This document shows positions 59,034 to 64,000 of a DNA stretch of 64,000 nt, one piece after another. The first letter of the stretch is position 1, and each line of letters opens with the position of its first letter. The notes beneath the pieces were generated by a model. The model was not told where the DNA came from, searched no databases, and was given only the letters and a program-made list of their open reading frames with translations. This DNA comes from Blepharisma stoltei ATCC 30299 (taxonomy: Eukaryota > Protista > Ciliophora), in the NCBI GenBank assembly GCA_965603825.1, contig CBFDEM010000047.1, positions 248,001 to 312,000 of the forward strand, read 5' to 3'. Both the position numbers and the translations under genes were made by a program.

Positions 59034-61013
59034 CTAATTAGAATTTTGCTTATTTAGTTTTTGTATTTTTGCTTGGATTCTAACAAACTCTTCAAATTCT
59101 TCAGGAATGCTTGCAAAAATTAATTGAGATTTTTGAAAATTTTCGATTGCAGTGTTTTTATTCCCGATCTTCTCATATGTCTCTCCAATATATAAATAGC
59201 CCCTTCCTACACGAATATCATTATCTCCATGAGTCTGTAGATCGCTCTGCAATCCTTTGTTAAAAAATTCCAATGCTTTATCAAAATTTCCCATTTCCCT
59301 ATAATCCCCTCCAAGTGCATGATAAAAACTTCCTATTTCTGGATCTTTTCCAACAATTACTGAAGTCCTTATATCAATGGCTCTTTTATGTTCAATTGCT
59401 GCTTTCTCGAATTCTCTTAATTCAAAGTACACTCCTCCTAATATCGCTAAATAATCAGCTTTATCTAAGTTATTGCTGCCTAAAGCTTGATCATTTATTT
59501 CAATGGATTTTTTTATATTCTCAATGCTTTTTTCGGCTTTTCCCCAAAATTTGTATAAAATCCCTAATTTAAAATATGCTGATGCTACATCAGGATGAAT
59601 TTTTCCTACAAGTTGAGACTTTAATATAATGATCCTATTTACTATAGCTTCAGATTCTGGAAATTTCTTTTGCTCTATATATAATGCATCGAGGTATTTC
59701 AAGCAAAAAAATAATCTTTCATTATCAGAATTTTGCTGCTCTAATATTTCTTTCGCTTGCAGAAAGTATTTTTCAGATTTTTCATAATCCGTTTGATTAT
59801 AGTAAGCATAGCCTAAAGCCAGCCAGTTTTGCATAAAATTCTTTGAATCCATTCCAAGGGTGTTTTTAATTTTCACTGCACTTTGGATACAATCAATGAC
59901 TTTGTCAAATTCTGAATATTCATTTGCTTCAGATGCTACGAATTCATAATATGTTGCTATCTCTAATGATACTTGATCAGGGATCTTTTTTAGAGCTTCC
60001 AAAGATTTTGCATACAACTCTCTAGAATCTTCATGCTCATCTACTGATTTAAATTTCTCAGCAAGATCCACATAAAATTTAACTAATTCTAAGCTATTTA
60101 TCCCACTTGTTTCGTTGATAGCAGCTGTTGCTTTATTTACGGTTTCTTTTATAGCATTTTTATTTCCTGTTTGTTTGTATAGCAAAGCTAATTTTTTGTA
60201 AGCATCCATATCATATATTTTTAAGCTTTCTCTTATATTCAAAGCGCCTTGCAAGTATTTTTCAGCTTCTCTTACTTCGTTTATTTTTCAATAATCCATT
60301 GCTATTAAAACATCGACTATCGCTATTTCTAAAGTAAATTGTCCTGAACTGCTTTTAAATATATTTCTGCTTTTTTTTCAATCTTCTATTGCCCTTCTAG
60401 GATCATTTTTGGCTGAATAAATATTCCCAGAATAAAGAAAATAAGCTGCAGCACTTCGATTATTACTGTTTATCTGTGTCTCCATATAAGGAAAGGCTGA
60501 TATTAAGGCTTGCTCAGCCTTTTCTGCGTCATTAATTATTTGATAAACTGGTATTAAGTCCGTCAGAGTTCATGCTACTTCTTTGCTTTGTTCACCAAAC
60601 AGGCTTTTTTCAATTTTTAAAGCTTTTTCGTATCATTCTATTGATTTTTCAGGGGAATTAGATGCACGATAACAATCCCCTAAATTAAGAAAGCAATTTC
60701 TAAGATCAGCATTATTCAGTTCAAGCTTATTTTCAGCGATTTTGGCTGCTTTTTCGTAGTAAACTGTAGATTGATTCAGATCTCCTTTTTCCTTATAAGA
60801 TGATCCAAGTAGATTATATAAATCCATTAAGACCTTTGCATCTTGATCTTTTTCGGCCAGAGCAGCTTTAGATAAGAGATCATCAATTGAGTTGGCTTGC
60901 GAAGAAAACAGTCGAGTATTTTGATAATTGACAAATAAATATCTTTTATTGGTGCTTTTGAATTGGTGGCTCAAAGCTAAGCCTTTTGATATTTTGTTTA
61001 AAAAGCGAAGCAT
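59034..61013 (-). CDS. TPR-repeat protein, copy 2
   Basis: MLRFLNKISKG..RLFSS presequence-like start; ORFs joined by four TGA=W. Confidence 0.88.
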
Positions 61014-61317
61014 TAAATTTCATATTTAATTGGTATTTTAAATTTTATTATGTTTAATTATTGATTATAGATATTGATTTTATGATTAATATAATTATAG
61101 CTAAGTATAAATTTTAATAATTAATTTAGAGCTAATATAAGTTAAATTAAGATTCAATTTATAATGGCTTCATAAAAGCATAAATAAGTGTTAAAAGCTG
61201 TATATTTACGAATAATGAATTTTTTTATATAATAAAAAATACTTAGTATAAAATTTTATTGTTATAATAAGCAATATAAAAAATTTTATAATTTATTGGG
61301 CGAATAAATTTGAATGA

Positions 61318-63294
61318 CTATTCATTACTATCTCCTCTTATTGACTCAATTTTAGCTCTTAATCGAGTTACCCTTGCTTCCATACCTGGCACTTCTATCA
61401 AAACTTGTTCTGCTTTTTTATAACAATTAATAGCAGCTTCTTTATCACCTTTTGAATTATAAAGATCACCAAAAGAAACATATCCTACCCCAACCATGGT
61501 ATCTTTATCTCCAACAGTGCGCAAATAGCCCTGCAAACCTTTTTCATAAAGCTCAGAAGCTTTATCCCACTCTTTTAATTCTTTATAAACATCTGCAAGT
61601 GCATAATAAAATACACCGATTCCTGGATCATTGTCACCAAATACTTGCTCTCTAGCGCTTATAGCTCTTTTATGCTCAGCTATTGCTTTATCATATTCTC
61701 CTTGAGCTCTATAAGCCTCACCCATGTGGCTAAAAACATCAGAATTTGCAAAATTGAATGGACCTAATGCCTGGTTATTTATTTCGGTAGCCTTTTTATA
61801 TGCATCAATGCTATCTTTCCATTTACCCCATATTTTATATGTAGCTCCCAAATTTATATATCTATCTGCTATTACTGGATGAATTCTCCCTATAATCTCG
61901 CATTGCAATTCAATGCCTCTCTTTGAAAATTCAACAGCTTCTGCGTATCTTTCCATGTCTCGGTACAAACAGCCAAGCCCACTTAAGCATGCTTCTAAAG
62001 TCATTTTATCATTATTCTCGCTTTCTAGTAAAGCTTTTGCTTGTAGGAGATATTCTTCACCTTTTTCGTAATTTTTTAAGTCATAATAAGCCGATCCAAG
62101 ATAGAAATAATTCATCGTAGCGCCATATGGGATCATTCCAAGGATCGACTTGATTGCCAGTGATTTTTGCGAACAATCTATTGATTTTTCAAGCTCACCG
62201 AAGTCATATGCTTCAGCTGATAAGCTATCATAGCATATGCTAGCCTCAAATGAATTTTGATAAGGGACTTTTTTTAGCGCTTCTAAGCACTTTGCAAATA
62301 ACTTTTTGGAGATCTCTACACCTCCATTAATTTTGAATCTTTTTCCCATTTCGTTATAAAACAATGCTATGTCTACACTATTCCTTCCCCTCAAATCTTC
62401 TGTAATTTTTGCTCCTTTTTCACAAGCTTCTTCTGCTTCTTTATCGTTTCCCAATTCTTTACATAATAATGCTAATCTCTTTACAGGCTCGATGTCGTAC
62501 ACCTTTAGAGTATCCCTTATATCAATAGCACTTTGCGCCCATCTTTTAGCTTCTGCCGGGTTTTTTATTTCCGCATACGATATAGAAAGTAGATTATCAA
62601 TATTAGCAATTTCCATAGAAATTGGCCCAGAAAGATTTTCATATATTTTTCTACTTTTTTTATAATTGTCTATTGCAAGGCTATGCTTACTTTTTGACAA
62701 AGCAATATGGCCAGCATAAAGAAAATAATCTGCAGCACCTCCATCGGCGCTATTTACTTTTTGATTCATACAATGAGAAGCGGTGGCGAGTGCTTTTTCA
62801 GCTTTTTCAATATCATTATTCATGTAGTAAACTATTAATAAATCAGTTAACCTATAAGCTACTTCTGAACTTTGCTCTCCGTGCAGGCTTTTCTCGACTT
62901 TTAAAGCCTTTTCGTATCATTCAATTGCTTTTGGAAGTAATTTCATTTCTCGATAGCAATTGCCTAGGTGAATAAATTGCTCCACGAGCTTGGGATATTC
63001 AGGACCTAAAATATTTTCAGCAATTTTGGCTGATTTTTCATGATATGTTGTAGATTCATGTAGATTACCGCTTGCCCAAAAAGAAAGCCCAAGCTTATTA
63101 TATAGAAACATTAAATCCGTCAAATTTTGATCTTTTTCAGCTTGAGCAATTTTTGACCTAAGCTCATCAATCGAATTTGGATTAAAAGAGTATTGTACAA
63201 ACTGAAAGTTGTTTAAACCGCTTTGTGATTCGATGGAGTTTAAGAGGAGATTTCAAGGTGCGCCTTTGCTGATTTTACTCAACAAGAGCAACAT
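61318..63294 (-). CDS. TPR-repeat protein, copy 3
   Basis: ATG 63294 (MLLLLSKISKG); two TGA=W; collinear with copy 2. Confidence 0.88.
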
Positions 63295-63567
63295 TTTATT
63301 ATATATTTATTAGAAGAAGCAACTTAGAGTCTAAGATTTTACAAATCATTAAAATTTATCATAATTTTTAATTATTGTTTATATTGCTAACAGTATCCAT
63401 TAGTCTCCACGTTCCTAATAAAATATATATTTTAAAATATCACAATTATTATCCTTATTGACAGCATGACAAACAATTAATCTATTTATAGTTTAATATA
63501 AAAATTCATTGCTACAATGAGCAATATAAAATAATTTATAATTTCTCGGGCGAATAATTTTATTGGA

Positions 63568-64000
63568 TTATTCATTACTATCTCGTCTTATTGACTCAAT
63601 TTTAGATCTTAATCGAGTTACCCTTGCTTCCATACCTGGTATTTCTATCAAAACTTGTTCTGCTTTTTTATAACAATTAATAGCAGCTTCTTTATCCCCT
63701 TTTGAATTATAAAAATCACCAAAAGAAACATATCCTACCGCAACCATAGTATCTTTTTCTCCAACTGTGCGCAAATAGCTCTGCAACCCTTTTTCATAAA
63801 GCTCAGAAGCTTTATCCCACTCTTTTAAGTCTTTATAAACATCTGCAAATGCATAATAGAATACACCGATTCCTGGGTCGTTGTTACCAAATTCTAGCTC
63901 TCTAGCGCTTATAGCTCTTTTATGTTCAGCTATTGCTTTATCAAATTCTCCTTGAGCTCTATACACCTCAGCCATGTGACTAAAAACATCAGTATTTGCA
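63568..64000 (-). CDS. TPR-repeat protein, copy 4 (3' part; runs off the window)
   Basis: Near-identical to the C-terminus of copy 3. Confidence 0.85.
   Translation of the reverse strand, partial: ANTDVFSHMAEVYRAQGEFDKAIAEHKRAISARELEFGNNDPGIGVFYYAFADVYKDLKEWDKASELYEKGLQSYLRTVGEKDTMVAVGYVSFGDFYNSKGDKEAAINCYKKAEQVLIEIPGMEARVTRLRSKIESIRRDSNE

Noticed and set aside
664-62975. Numerous short antisense or alternative-frame ORFs in the supplied track (e.g. 9257..9718, 18979..19311, 39034..39429, 47419..47613)
   Set aside because: Shadows of well-supported genes, with no motifs of their own.
1-64000. Prokaryotic or organellar origin (UGA=Trp as in Mycoplasma or mitochondria), transposases, tRNA/rRNA genes, telomere tracts or IES remnants
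   Set aside because: Genes are eukaryote-specific nuclear types (eL6, SNF5, CK1) with spliceosomal introns. None of the listed elements was recognisable by eye.

Overview
AT-rich, gene-dense eukaryotic DNA, not prokaryotic. Two signatures recur across the window. (1) TGA is a sense codon for Trp: it occupies conserved Trp positions in pirin, CK1, carboxypeptidase, nucleoside hydrolase, the K+ channel and patatin, and aligns with TGG in paralogous PDE genes. All genuine gene ends are TAA/TAG. (2) Spliceosomal introns are tiny (15-16 nt, GTA...AG, with an A 6 nt from the 3' end). Together these point to a heterotrich ciliate macronuclear genome, most consistent with Blepharisma (inference). The supplied standard-code ORF track therefore fragments most genes. 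Re-read with UGA=Trp and intron removal, the window holds about 37 protein genes, including three tandem membrane cyclic-nucleotide PDEs and four tandem TPR genes, plus two pseudogenes (VPS4-like, UCP-like carrier). Most notable: a structured GC-elevated ~0.42-kb island with a chain of short ORFs upstream of an AGC kinase, an HTH-SNF5 fusion, a pseudo-histidine kinase with an intact receiver, a Glu-type PTPS-III, and several apparently catalytically degenerate enzyme homologs. All family assignments are by motif recognition, not database search.
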